Assembly (NCBI GenBank): GCA_040256005.1
Contig: JBDZWC010000021.1
Span: 1 to 30,887, forward strand
Direction of reading: 5' to 3'
Origin: Deinococcaceae bacterium
GTDB lineage: Bacteria > Deinococcota > Deinococci > Deinococcales > Trueperaceae
Length of the DNA stretch: 30,887 bases
Shown: positions 17,323-25,069 of the stretch, one piece after another
Layout: each line of letters begins with the position of its first letter
How positions within the stretch are numbered: position 1 is the first letter of the stretch
The notes under the pieces: generated by a model
The model's database searches: none
What the model saw: the letters and a program-made list of their open reading frames with translations, nothing else
What the model was told of the DNA's origin: nothing
Program-made: the position numbers and the translations under genes

Positions 17323-18848
17323 TCACCTTCCTCGTCGTGGCGGTGCTGGCCCTGCTGGCGTTCGCCTATGTCGCACTGCCGCTCATCGCGCCACGCCACG
17401 CCGACCCCCTGCCCGACGCCACCGACCCTGTGCTGGCCGGCCTGAGGGACGAGAAGGCCGCGCTCCTGAGGGCGATCACGGAGCTCGACGAGCGCACCGA
17501 CCTGCAACCGGAGCGCCGCGAGCAGCTGCGCGCCCGGTACGAAGCCAAGGCCGCCGCGGCGCTAAGGGCGCTCGACGAGCGTGCCGCCGAGCTGGGCGCC
17601 AGGGAGCGGGGCGCCAAGCCGGCTGCCCGGGCCCAGGCCAGGCGCAGGACGCCGGTCGCGGCGGTCTCGCTGCTGGCCGTCGCGGTGGCAGCGGCCGCCT
17701 TCCTGCCCGCTTACGTGCTGCCACGTGTGGGGCAGGACGCGAACGTCACGACGACCGACATGGAGGCCGCCAGGCAGATCAGCGACCTCAGGCGCGCCGC
17801 GAACAGCGAGCCCACGACCGAGAACCTCCTGGCGCTCGGCGATGCCTATGCCTCGGTCCAGGAGACGCAGCAGGCCCGCGACGCCTACCTGAGGGCGGTG
17901 GAGGCGGAGGGCGACGGCAAGCTGCCCGTGTTCCAACGCCTGGCCGTCCTGGCGCTGGCCACCGACGACGGGCTGGCCGAGGCCCAGAGCTGGCTGGAGC
18001 GGGCGGCCCAGGTGGCGCCGGACGACGTGCAGACGCAGTTCCTGCTGTCGGAGGTGGCGTACGCCAACGACGATGACGTCACCTCCGAGGCTGCGCTCAG
18101 GCGCTTCGTCGCCCTCTCGGGCGGCCAGCCCAACGACGCCGTGTCGGCGCGACTGGAGCTCTTCGAGCGCGAGGACGACCTGACGGCGGCGGTGGAGGCC
18201 GAACCGACGGCCGAGAACCTGGCTACCCTAGCCGACCTCTACTGGCGGGCCGGCGACCGCCAGGCGGCGGTGGCCGCCTACCTGAGGCTCCTGACCGAGG
18301 CCGACGCCCAAGACCCCATCGCGTTGTCGCGCATGGGCGAGGCGATGATGGCCTCTGGCGCCCCGGCCGACGCCGCCACCCTGATCGAGCGCTCCGCCTC
18401 GATCACCGGGGGCCTGGCGAACGTCGAGCCTTCCGCCGTACTGACACTGGGCGAGGCCTACCTGCGACTGGGGCGCAGCGCCGAGTCCGTCGACGCGATC
18501 GAGACGTACCTGGAGCTGGCGGGGGACGACGCCGACCCGGTGGCCGCCGACCTGCTGGCACAGGCGCGCCAAGCTGCCGAGCAAGGGACCCGGGTCGACG
18601 GTCAGGCCGAGCCAGTGGGCGCTGCCGCCACCGGCGCGAGCGTCTTCGCCGCGAACTGCACCCAGTGTCACGCTCCGGGCGGCATCGGGCCCGCCCTGGA
18701 GGGGAACCCCAGGGCCGCCAACGAGGGCAACGTGCGCGACGCCGTGACGTTCGGCCGCGGCATGATGCCAGCCTTCGGCCCCACGCTCGCTCCCGCGGAC
18801 CTGGACGCCGTCGTGAGCTACGTGGTGCAGGAGCTCTCCCAGCGATGA
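17319..18848 (+). CDS. CcmI-like membrane-anchored TPR protein fused to a C-terminal class I cytochrome c domain
   Basis: TM, helical loop, second TM, then TPR-like repeats, then VFAANCTQCH (CxxCH) ... GPAL ... GRGMMPAF. TTGA overlap with ccmH. Confidence 0.8.
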   Translation: MITFLVVAVLALLAFAYVALPLIAPRHADPLPDATDPVLAGLRDEKAALLRAITELDERTDLQPERREQLRARYEAKAAAALRALDERAAELGARERGAKPAARAQARRRTPVAAVSLLAVAVAAAAFLPAYVLPRVGQDANVTTTDMEAARQISDLRRAANSEPTTENLLALGDAYASVQETQQARDAYLRAVEAEGDGKLPVFQRLAVLALATDDGLAEAQSWLERAAQVAPDDVQTQFLLSEVAYANDDDVTSEAALRRFVALSGGQPNDAVSARLELFEREDDLTAAVEAEPTAENLATLADLYWRAGDRQAAVAAYLRLLTEADAQDPIALSRMGEAMMASGAPADAATLIERSASITGGLANVEPSAVLTLGEAYLRLGRSAESVDAIETYLELAGDDADPVAADLLAQARQAAEQGTRVDGQAEPVGAAATGASVFAANCTQCHAPGGIGPALEGNPRAANEGNVRDAVTFGRGMMPAFGPTLAPADLDAVVSYVVQELSQR

Positions 18849-19444
18849 GCCGGCGAGACCCGGAGGGCGAACCCTCCACGACCGAGGCTGGGACGGAAGC
18901 CGATCCGGGTCGCCGCCAGCTGGTCAAGTGGCTGTGGCGGGGGCCGGTGATCGCACTGGCGGCGGGCGGAGCCTACGGCGCCTACCGGGCCATCGACACG
19001 CACTTCGTCAAGCGCCGCCCCGACCCGACCCCGGAGTTCGAACCGGCACAGGCGCAAGAGGTCGCTCCCCTGTCCCACTTCGCAGCGGTCTGGGACTCCG
19101 CCGACTTCATGCTGGCGGCCATGCCCGGCGTCGCCGTGCGGACTCCCGAGCCCGTGCCGGGCGGGCTGAGCGACGGCGGGGTGCACCTCGTCGCGTTCAC
19201 ACGGATCTGCACCCACCACCAGTGCGTGGCCAGCTTCAATACCGACGTCGCGGCGATCGCCCTCGGCTTCAACTACGACACGAGCACGCCCGCGATCACC
19301 TGCCCGTGCCACCTGAGCGTGTTCGACCCGCAGCTGGCCGGCCGGGCCGTGAGCGGACCTGCCGTGCTCCCCCTGCCGAGGGCTCGGCTCGAGCTCGACG
19401 GCGACACCGTGACGGCGACCGGCTGGGAGCGTGCCGGGGCGTAA
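18845..19444 (+). CDS. Tat-exported Rieske [2Fe-2S] protein
   Basis: GRRQLVK twin-arginine motif plus hydrophobic segment; Rieske boxes CTHHQC and CPCHLSVF; GPAVLPLP. ATGA overlap with the upstream gene. Confidence 0.88.
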   Translation: MSRRDPEGEPSTTEAGTEADPGRRQLVKWLWRGPVIALAAGGAYGAYRAIDTHFVKRRPDPTPEFEPAQAQEVAPLSHFAAVWDSADFMLAAMPGVAVRTPEPVPGGLSDGGVHLVAFTRICTHHQCVASFNTDVAAIALGFNYDTSTPAITCPCHLSVFDPQLAGRAVSGPAVLPLPRARLELDGDTVTATGWERAGA

Positions 19445-19447
19445 CAT
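19442..19447 (+). promoter_or_regulatory. Putative -10 box of a leaderless tal transcript
   Basis: TAACAT (overlapping the Rieske TAA stop) + 6 nt + ATG 19454, with no SD in between. Confidence 0.5.
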
Positions 19448-19453
19448 CGGGCC

Positions 19454-20575
19454 ATGAACCCGCTCAAGAGGCTGCAGGAACACGGGCAGTCGGTCTACCT
19501 GGACGAGATCAGACGGTCGTGGCTCGAGGACGGCACGCTGCAGACGCTCATCGACCGCGACGGGCTACGGGGCGTGACCTCCAACCCCGCCATCTTCCAC
19601 AAGGCGATCACGCAGTCGGACGACTACGCAGGCGCGATCGGCCGTCTCGCCGGCCGGGGAGCCTCGGTCGCGGACGCGTACGAGGAGATAGTCGTCGAGG
19701 ACATCCAGCGCGCGGCTGACCTGTTCAGGCCCACCTACGACGCCTCGGGCGGCAAGTACGGGTTCGTGTCGCTGGAGGTATCCCCCGAGCTGGCGAACGA
19801 CGCCGCAGGTACGTACGCCGAGGCCACGCACCTGTGGGGGTTGCTGGACCGGCCGAACGTCTTCATCAAGGTGCCGGCTACCGTGCCGGGGCTGCAGGCT
19901 ATCGAGCGTCTCATCGGCGACGGCATCAACGTCAACGTCACGCTGCTGTTCGGGCTCGAGCGCTACGAGCGCGTGATAGACGCTTACTTGGCCGGGCTCG
20001 AGCGCCGCCTGGCTTCGGGCGCCGAGGTGCGAGGCGTGAACTCGGTGGCGAGCTTCTTCCTCAGCCGTTTCGACGTCATGGTCGATCCCATGCTCGATGA
20101 GCTCGGCACCGAGGCGGCGCAGAGGCTCCGCGGCCAGGCGGCCATCGCCTACGCGAAGGTGGCCTATGAGACGTTCTCGCGGCGCTTCTCCGCCCAGGAC
20201 CCGCGCTGGGCCAGGCTGGCGGCCGCGGGCGCCAGGGTGCAGCGCCTGCTGTGGGCCTCGACCGGCACGAAGGACCCCAGCTACCCGGACACGAAGTACG
20301 TCGAGCCGCTCATAGGGCCCGAGACGGTGAACACGATGCCGCTCGAGACCCTCGACGCCTACCGGGACCACGGGGAGCCGGCCAGCCGGGTCACGGAGGG
20401 GCTCGCCGAGGCGAAGCAGGTCATAGCGAGCCTGTCGGCCCTCGGCATCGACATGGAGGGGGTGGCCGACCGCCTGGAGGCAGAGGGCGTCGAGAAGTTC
20501 GTGACGCCGTTCCGCCACCTCCTTGAGACGATGGGAGCCACCCTGACGGCCGGAGGGCAGGCGGTCGGGCGCTAG
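19454..20575 (+). CDS. tal: Transaldolase (long ~370-aa type)
   Basis: YLDEIRR, GVTSNPAIF, VSLEVSP, FIKVPAT (Schiff-base Lys), NVNVTLLF, SVASFFLSRFD, QRLLWASTGTK, TVNTMP. Confidence 0.95.
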   Translation: MNPLKRLQEHGQSVYLDEIRRSWLEDGTLQTLIDRDGLRGVTSNPAIFHKAITQSDDYAGAIGRLAGRGASVADAYEEIVVEDIQRAADLFRPTYDASGGKYGFVSLEVSPELANDAAGTYAEATHLWGLLDRPNVFIKVPATVPGLQAIERLIGDGINVNVTLLFGLERYERVIDAYLAGLERRLASGAEVRGVNSVASFFLSRFDVMVDPMLDELGTEAAQRLRGQAAIAYAKVAYETFSRRFSAQDPRWARLAAAGARVQRLLWASTGTKDPSYPDTKYVEPLIGPETVNTMPLETLDAYRDHGEPASRVTEGLAEAKQVIASLSALGIDMEGVADRLEAEGVEKFVTPFRHLLETMGATLTAGGQAVGR

Positions 20576-20591
20576 ACGCGGGCGCTAGACG
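20566..20591. repeat. 13-nt tandem duplication CGGGCGCTAGACG x2 spanning the tal stop codon
   Basis: Read directly: 20566-20578 and 20579-20591. Confidence 0.75.
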
Positions 20592-20600
20592 CCTCGGAAG

Positions 20601-21356
20601 CTATGGAATAGCGACCTTCTGTCCCTCGCGCATGCCCCTGATGACGTGCCGCATGAGGAAGAAGTAACCGACGATCCCGATCGCGGCGAAGGAGAACCAC
20701 TGGATCGCGTAGCCCAGATGCGGTCCCTCGCCTAGGTCTGGCTCGGGCAACGGCGCCGGTAGGCCCAAGGGATGGGGCGGCTCCACCTGCGTTAGTTCCA
20801 CGTAGGCGGGTACCAGGTGGTACGGCATCTGCGGCTGCAGACGCTCGACGTCAGGGTAGTAGGTCTGCGTCAGCTCGCCGGTGGGAGGGTCCCGGGGGCC
20901 GAACGTCCCCGGGCGCGGCGCGTGGGGCGCGCGCAGCCGGCCCGTGACGGTGACGGTGCCCGCGGGCGGCGGTGCAGTCTCCACCGGCACCGTGTCGGAA
21001 CCGTACGGGACCCAACCGCGCTCGACGAGGACCGCTGACCCATCCGCCAGCACGAGCGGCGTGAGCACGTTGAAACCAGGACTGCCGTCCAGGCTCCGAC
21101 CCCTGAGCAGGACCTCCTCGGCCGGGTCGAACTCGCCCACCGCCGTCACCGGCCGGTACTCCAGCAGCTCGCCTGTTAGCGCCTCGGCTAGCGGCTGGGC
21201 CGGTAGCTGGGAGCGCGACTCGACCTGCTGCACGTACTCGCGCCTCTGGTCCAGGCGCCTCAGCTGCCAGAAGCCCAGGTTGACGAACAGGACGACAAGG
21301 GCCAGCGCCAGCAGGTGACCGGCTATCCACCGGGGTGTCAGCAGGGCGCGCGGCAT
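20601..21356 (-). CDS. SURF1/Shy1-family cytochrome oxidase assembly protein
   Basis: LGFWQLRRL, VLTPL, VLVERGWVP, HLGYAIQWFSFA. Confidence 0.92.
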   Translation of the reverse strand: MPRALLTPRWIAGHLLALALVVLFVNLGFWQLRRLDQRREYVQQVESRSQLPAQPLAEALTGELLEYRPVTAVGEFDPAEEVLLRGRSLDGSPGFNVLTPLVLADGSAVLVERGWVPYGSDTVPVETAPPPAGTVTVTGRLRAPHAPRPGTFGPRDPPTGELTQTYYPDVERLQPQMPYHLVPAYVELTQVEPPHPLGLPAPLPEPDLGEGPHLGYAIQWFSFAAIGIVGYFFLMRHVIRGMREGQKVAIP

Positions 21357-21444
21357 GGCTAGTGTGGCGGTTCAGGCGCCGCACACGGTCTCGCCACGCC
21401 CCGCCGGCGGGCGGTTCGGGCGCAGCCGGGCTGGGACCTGCGCA

Positions 21445-22347
21445 TCAGAAGATCGCGCGGTCGAGGGCCATGGTCAGGAACAGCAGACCCAGGTAGGTCA
21501 TGGAGTACTTGTACAGCGGAAGGGCCGTGACCCTGTCCACCGAGCCGCCGCCGCGCACGACGCGGAAGACGGCCGCCACGCGTACCGCCAGGACGAGGTT
21601 GAGTAGGAGCGCGGCGATGAAGTAAGCGGGGCTGAACTCGTGCAGGAAGAACGGCAGGACCGTCAGGACGATGGTCAGGACCGTGTACATGACCATCTGC
21701 ATCACGGTCGCCTTCTCACCGATCACGGCAGGCGCCATGGGCACCCCTACCGACGCGTACTGGTCCTTGACCATCAGCGCCAGCGCCCAGAAGTGCACCG
21801 GCGTCCACATGAACACGACTGCGAACAGCACCCAGGCCAGCAGGCTGAGGTTGCCGGTCACGGCGGCCCACCCGACGAGCGGCGGGATGGAGCCGGCAGC
21901 GCCCCCGATGACGATGTTCTGCCAGGTCGAGCGCTTGAGCCACATGGTGTAGATGAGCACGTAGAACGCGATGCCCGCCCAGGACAGCAACGCGGCCGTG
22001 ACGTTCGTCGTCAGCCAGATAACGAGGAAGGAGAGCGCCGTCAGGGCCACGGCGAAGACGAGCGCGTTGCGCGTCGAGACCACGTGGGTGACCGTGGGCC
22101 GTTTGGCGGTGCGCTTCATGTAGACGTCGATGTCGGCGTCGTAGACCATGTTGTAGACGCCGGCCGCGCCGGCCGACATGTAGCCGCCCACGATGACCCC
22201 GAGCAGCGCGACCCAGCCGGGGAAACCTCCGGCCGCGATGAACATGGCTCCGACCGTCGTCATGAGCAGAAGGACGATGACCTTGGGCTTGGTGAGGACG
22301 AAGTAATCGCGCCAGGTTGCCCTGCGCGACACGGCGGCTTGGGTCAT
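21445..22347 (-). CDS. ctaB: Protoheme IX farnesyltransferase (heme O synthase)
   Basis: LTKPKV, NMVYDADIDVYMKRTAKRP, YTMWLKR, NIVIGGAAGSIPP, WTPVHFWALA. ATG 22347 overlaps the ctaA stop. Confidence 0.95.
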   Translation of the reverse strand: MTQAAVSRRATWRDYFVLTKPKVIVLLLMTTVGAMFIAAGGFPGWVALLGVIVGGYMSAGAAGVYNMVYDADIDVYMKRTAKRPTVTHVVSTRNALVFAVALTALSFLVIWLTTNVTAALLSWAGIAFYVLIYTMWLKRSTWQNIVIGGAAGSIPPLVGWAAVTGNLSLLAWVLFAVVFMWTPVHFWALALMVKDQYASVGVPMAPAVIGEKATVMQMVMYTVLTIVLTVLPFFLHEFSPAYFIAALLLNLVLAVRVAAVFRVVRGGGSVDRVTALPLYKYSMTYLGLLFLTMALDRAIF

Positions 22348-23363
22348 GCACCCTCCACGGCGGTACGGTTCCACAACGGGCCGGAGCCCTTGACCATGGT
22401 GCCGCCGAGCATGGTCACGCTCAGCGCCGCCAACAGCGCGAACGCCGTGACGGCCAGGAGCAGGTGAAGTAACTGGAGCACGGTGGGCCCCAGCATCGTG
22501 AGGTTGGCGGTGCCCACGCCCAGCTGCACCAGGTAGACGACCAGCAGCGAGCGAGCGAGCTGCCTGGCGGCGGGCACGGGCTTCAACCACCAGGCGAGGC
22601 CCAGGCCGAGGAACAGGTACGTGCCCACGGCGATCGCGATGAGCGGGTGCAGGATGCGCAGCCTGATGAGCGGGTGCGAAGCGGGGTCGAAGTCCGCCCT
22701 GAAGCCCTGCGCCAGCGAGTCGGGTGGGAAGATCGTGTTGCCCATGGCGGCGATGCCGCCGGTGAAGCTGAGGATGAGCGCGGCGAGGAGCCCGGTCGCC
22801 AAGACCGCGAACAGGCCAGCCTGACCCGACAACCGGAGGGGGAAACGAGGAGCGTCGTCGCGGGCGTAGACGACGGTGCAGACAACGGTGCCGATGAGCA
22901 GGAGGCTGTTCACGAGGTGGCCGGCGACCCACACACCTCTGGCGACGCTGGTGTTCTCGCCGGTAAGGCCCAACAGCACGGTGCCGGCACCGATGAGCGC
23001 CTCGATCACCAGGAACACCGTAGCCGCGCTGGCGAAGGCAGCGAAGCCCGGCTTGGCCCGGCGCACCTTGAGCGCCCGCACCAGCAGCCAGACACCCAAG
23101 ACCAGCACGCCTGCTGACAACAGCCGGTGGCTGAACTCGATCAGGGTCTCGAGGCTGGGATCCAAGGGCACCACCGTGCCGTTACAGGTGGGCCAGTGGC
23201 TGCCGCAACCGGCGCCCGAGCCGGTGAGCCGCACGACGGCCCCCTGCAGGATCACGACGGTGTTCGCGACCAGCGCGGCCCAGGCGAGGCCCACCGACAG
23301 ACGGCCAGCGGAGGCCCTGGAGCTCGGCAACGACACCTGGTTGAGCATGGACGCTTGGGTCAC
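22344..23363 (-). CDS. ctaA: Heme A synthase, COX15/CtaA family
   Basis: GAGCGSHWPTCNG, IEFSHR, and further His residues in AGHL, ILHP and LLHL. Only the first Cys pair is present. Start could be GTG 23363 or ATG 23348. Confidence 0.9.
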   Translation of the reverse strand: MTQASMLNQVSLPSSRASAGRLSVGLAWAALVANTVVILQGAVVRLTGSGAGCGSHWPTCNGTVVPLDPSLETLIEFSHRLLSAGVLVLGVWLLVRALKVRRAKPGFAAFASAATVFLVIEALIGAGTVLLGLTGENTSVARGVWVAGHLVNSLLLIGTVVCTVVYARDDAPRFPLRLSGQAGLFAVLATGLLAALILSFTGGIAAMGNTIFPPDSLAQGFRADFDPASHPLIRLRILHPLIAIAVGTYLFLGLGLAWWLKPVPAARQLARSLLVVYLVQLGVGTANLTMLGPTVLQLLHLLLAVTAFALLAALSVTMLGGTMVKGSGPLWNRTAVEGA

Positions 23364-23372
23364 AGACCGTCC

Positions 23373-23382
23373 ATGCTACCGC
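23373..23382 (-). promoter_or_regulatory. Putative -10 element (GCGG-TAGCAT) for ctaA-ctaB
   Basis: TANNNT box 9 nt upstream of GTG 23363, no SD, so leaderless or nearly so. Confidence 0.45.
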
Positions 23383-23584
23383 CGGACGCCGGGACATTGG
23401 CCCCGAAGCGTGACGGAACCGTTACGACTGCCGTACTGGACGGCACACGGCTCTCTCACCGAGCCTAGTGATGATTGTGCCGACCGCAGCGGCGGTCAGG
23501 GCGATTCGGGGGCGCGCCATGCGGAGGGCACGCGAGTCGCTTCCGACACGCACGCGAGGCGAAGGCCGGCGCGGACGGTGTGGA

Positions 23585-23593
23585 TGTTAGAGT
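23585..23593 (+). promoter_or_regulatory. Putative extended -10 promoter (TG-T-TAGAGT) of the TPR gene
   Basis: TGn-TANNNT about 40 nt upstream of TTG 23635. Confidence 0.4.
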
Positions 23594-23634
23594 CTGCACA
23601 CCATCTACACGCGAAACGGTCGTCGGAGGACACG

Positions 23635-24777
23635 TTGATCAGCTTCAACCCACAAACTCGTCAGCCGTCACGCCTGGTCGTGATGGTCCTCGCCCTGCTC
23701 CTGGCAGTCGGTGGGACGGCGTTCGCTCAGGAGGACGAGGAGAGCGGCCCTGACGTCGCGACCCTGATTAGCGACGGGCAGTTCTACCTTGATCGCGGCG
23801 ACTGCTCCTTGGCGCAGTTCTACTTCCAGGAGGCGCTGCGCCTGGACGAAGCCAGCGCCGAGGCCCTGGTCGGCAAGGGGCGGGCGCTGTCGTGCCAGGG
23901 GGCGTACCCGGCCGCTATCGAGGCCTTCCAGCAGGCGCTGCAGGCGCAGCCGAACCAGCTGCAGGCCCTCGTACACCTCGCCAACACCTACCAGTACCAG
24001 TACCAGGCCGACCCGACCGCGTACAGCGGTCGTCTCGCGGACGCTCTCGACACGATCCAGCGTGCCGAGCAGGTGTCGTCGAACGACCCAAGGGTTCAGA
24101 ACACCAAAGGCATCGTCCTGTACCAGCTGGGTGACCTGCAGCAGGCTCGGGCCACGCTCGAGCAGGCCGCCTCTTTGGCGTCCACCTCGCAGGAGCTGCA
24201 GAACCCCGAGAAGAGCACCGTGCAGGTCAACCTGGGTCGCGTCTACCGGGACCTGGACGAGCTCGAGCTGGCGCAGCAGGCGTTCAGGCGGGCCGTCGTG
24301 CTCGACCCGGCCAGCGCCACCGCGCACAACAACCTGGGCGACGTCTCCTACCGTCTGGGCGACTGCTCCACCGCGCAGTACGAGCTGGCGCAGGCAGTGA
24401 ACCTCGACCCCAGCAGCCTCTCGGCGGCCGCGAACCTCGGCATCGTCCTCTTCGAGTGCGGTGACGTGCAGGCCAGCCTCCCCAGGCTGGAACAGGCCGT
24501 GCAGATGGACGGCGCGGTGTTCCTGCCGCCTCTGTTCACGTACCTGGCGCGTGCCTACCTCGAGACCGGTCAGGTGGACGAGGCCATCCGCCGCGCCCAG
24601 CACGGCGCCTTGTTGGCCGAGCCCCCCAGCGCCGAGGCCTACTACTGGCTGGGCCAGGCGTACCAGCGCCGCGGCGGCCAGGGCGACGTGCAGCGTGCGC
24701 GCGACGCCTACGAGCGCGCCCTGGAGATCGACCAGGCCTACTCAGCGGCCACGGAGGCCCTCAGGACGCTGCAGTAA
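23635..24777 (+). CDS. Exported tetratricopeptide repeat protein
   Basis: TTG 23635 after GGAGGA; signal peptide ending AFA-Q; many TPR units (e.g. AHNNLGDVSYRLG, AYYWLGQAY). The ORF-track extension to 22876 is antisense to ctaA. Confidence 0.85.
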   Translation: MISFNPQTRQPSRLVVMVLALLLAVGGTAFAQEDEESGPDVATLISDGQFYLDRGDCSLAQFYFQEALRLDEASAEALVGKGRALSCQGAYPAAIEAFQQALQAQPNQLQALVHLANTYQYQYQADPTAYSGRLADALDTIQRAEQVSSNDPRVQNTKGIVLYQLGDLQQARATLEQAASLASTSQELQNPEKSTVQVNLGRVYRDLDELELAQQAFRRAVVLDPASATAHNNLGDVSYRLGDCSTAQYELAQAVNLDPSSLSAAANLGIVLFECGDVQASLPRLEQAVQMDGAVFLPPLFTYLARAYLETGQVDEAIRRAQHGALLAEPPSAEAYYWLGQAYQRRGGQGDVQRARDAYERALEIDQAYSAATEALRTLQ

Positions 24778-24834
24778 GCGCTCAGCACCGGCAGGCATCA
24801 ACAGCGTTGCCGGCAGGAACCAGACCCAGGAACC

Positions 24835-24875
24835 AGGCCAGCCGTTCGCCGCTCAAGCGAGGCTGGCCTTACCTG
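24835..24875 (+). terminator. Terminator-like hairpin after the TPR gene
   Basis: AGGCCAGCC (24835-24843) pairs with GGCTGGCCT (24861-24869), inner TCGC/GCGA, followed by a modest T-containing tail. Confidence 0.45.
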
Positions 24876-24911
24876 TATGCCGCAGGCGCCCGCGGGTGCG
24901 CGCCGATGGTG

Positions 24912-25069
24912 TACACTTCGTAGGTTTGCCTGGCGGCAGCGGGATGTCCGCCTTGTGCGAACCAGAGTAGGCGACAAGCGGGCGCACGCCTTCACCGCCT
25001 CCAGACCGGGGGCGGAGACGCTCCGCCCGGCTCGATTCCAACCTCAACATCCCGCCACGGAGGATAGAC
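24912..25069 (+). promoter_or_regulatory. rpsB promoter (-10 TACACT) and structured 5' leader (candidate S2 autoregulatory element)
   Basis: TACACT 24912-24917. Long-range stem GCGGGATGT (24939-24947) / ACATCCCGC (25047-25055) closes just before the GGAGG RBS. Internal hairpin GGCGGAG-ACG-CTCCGCC. Confidence 0.55.

Noticed and set aside
21445..23363. Possible CtaA-CtaB fusion (495-aa ORF in the track)
   Set aside because: The two genes are in different frames with a clean ATGA overlap and a GGAGG RBS before ctaB, so they are separate coupled genes.
22876..23634. N-terminal 253 aa of the 633-aa TPR ORF
   Set aside because: Antisense to ctaA plus intergenic DNA; the RBS and signal peptide mark TTG 23635 as the start.
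24814..24836. Short direct repeat CAGGAACCAG x2
   Set aside because: Only two copies with a 3-nt gap; not CRISPR-like, and no function is evident.
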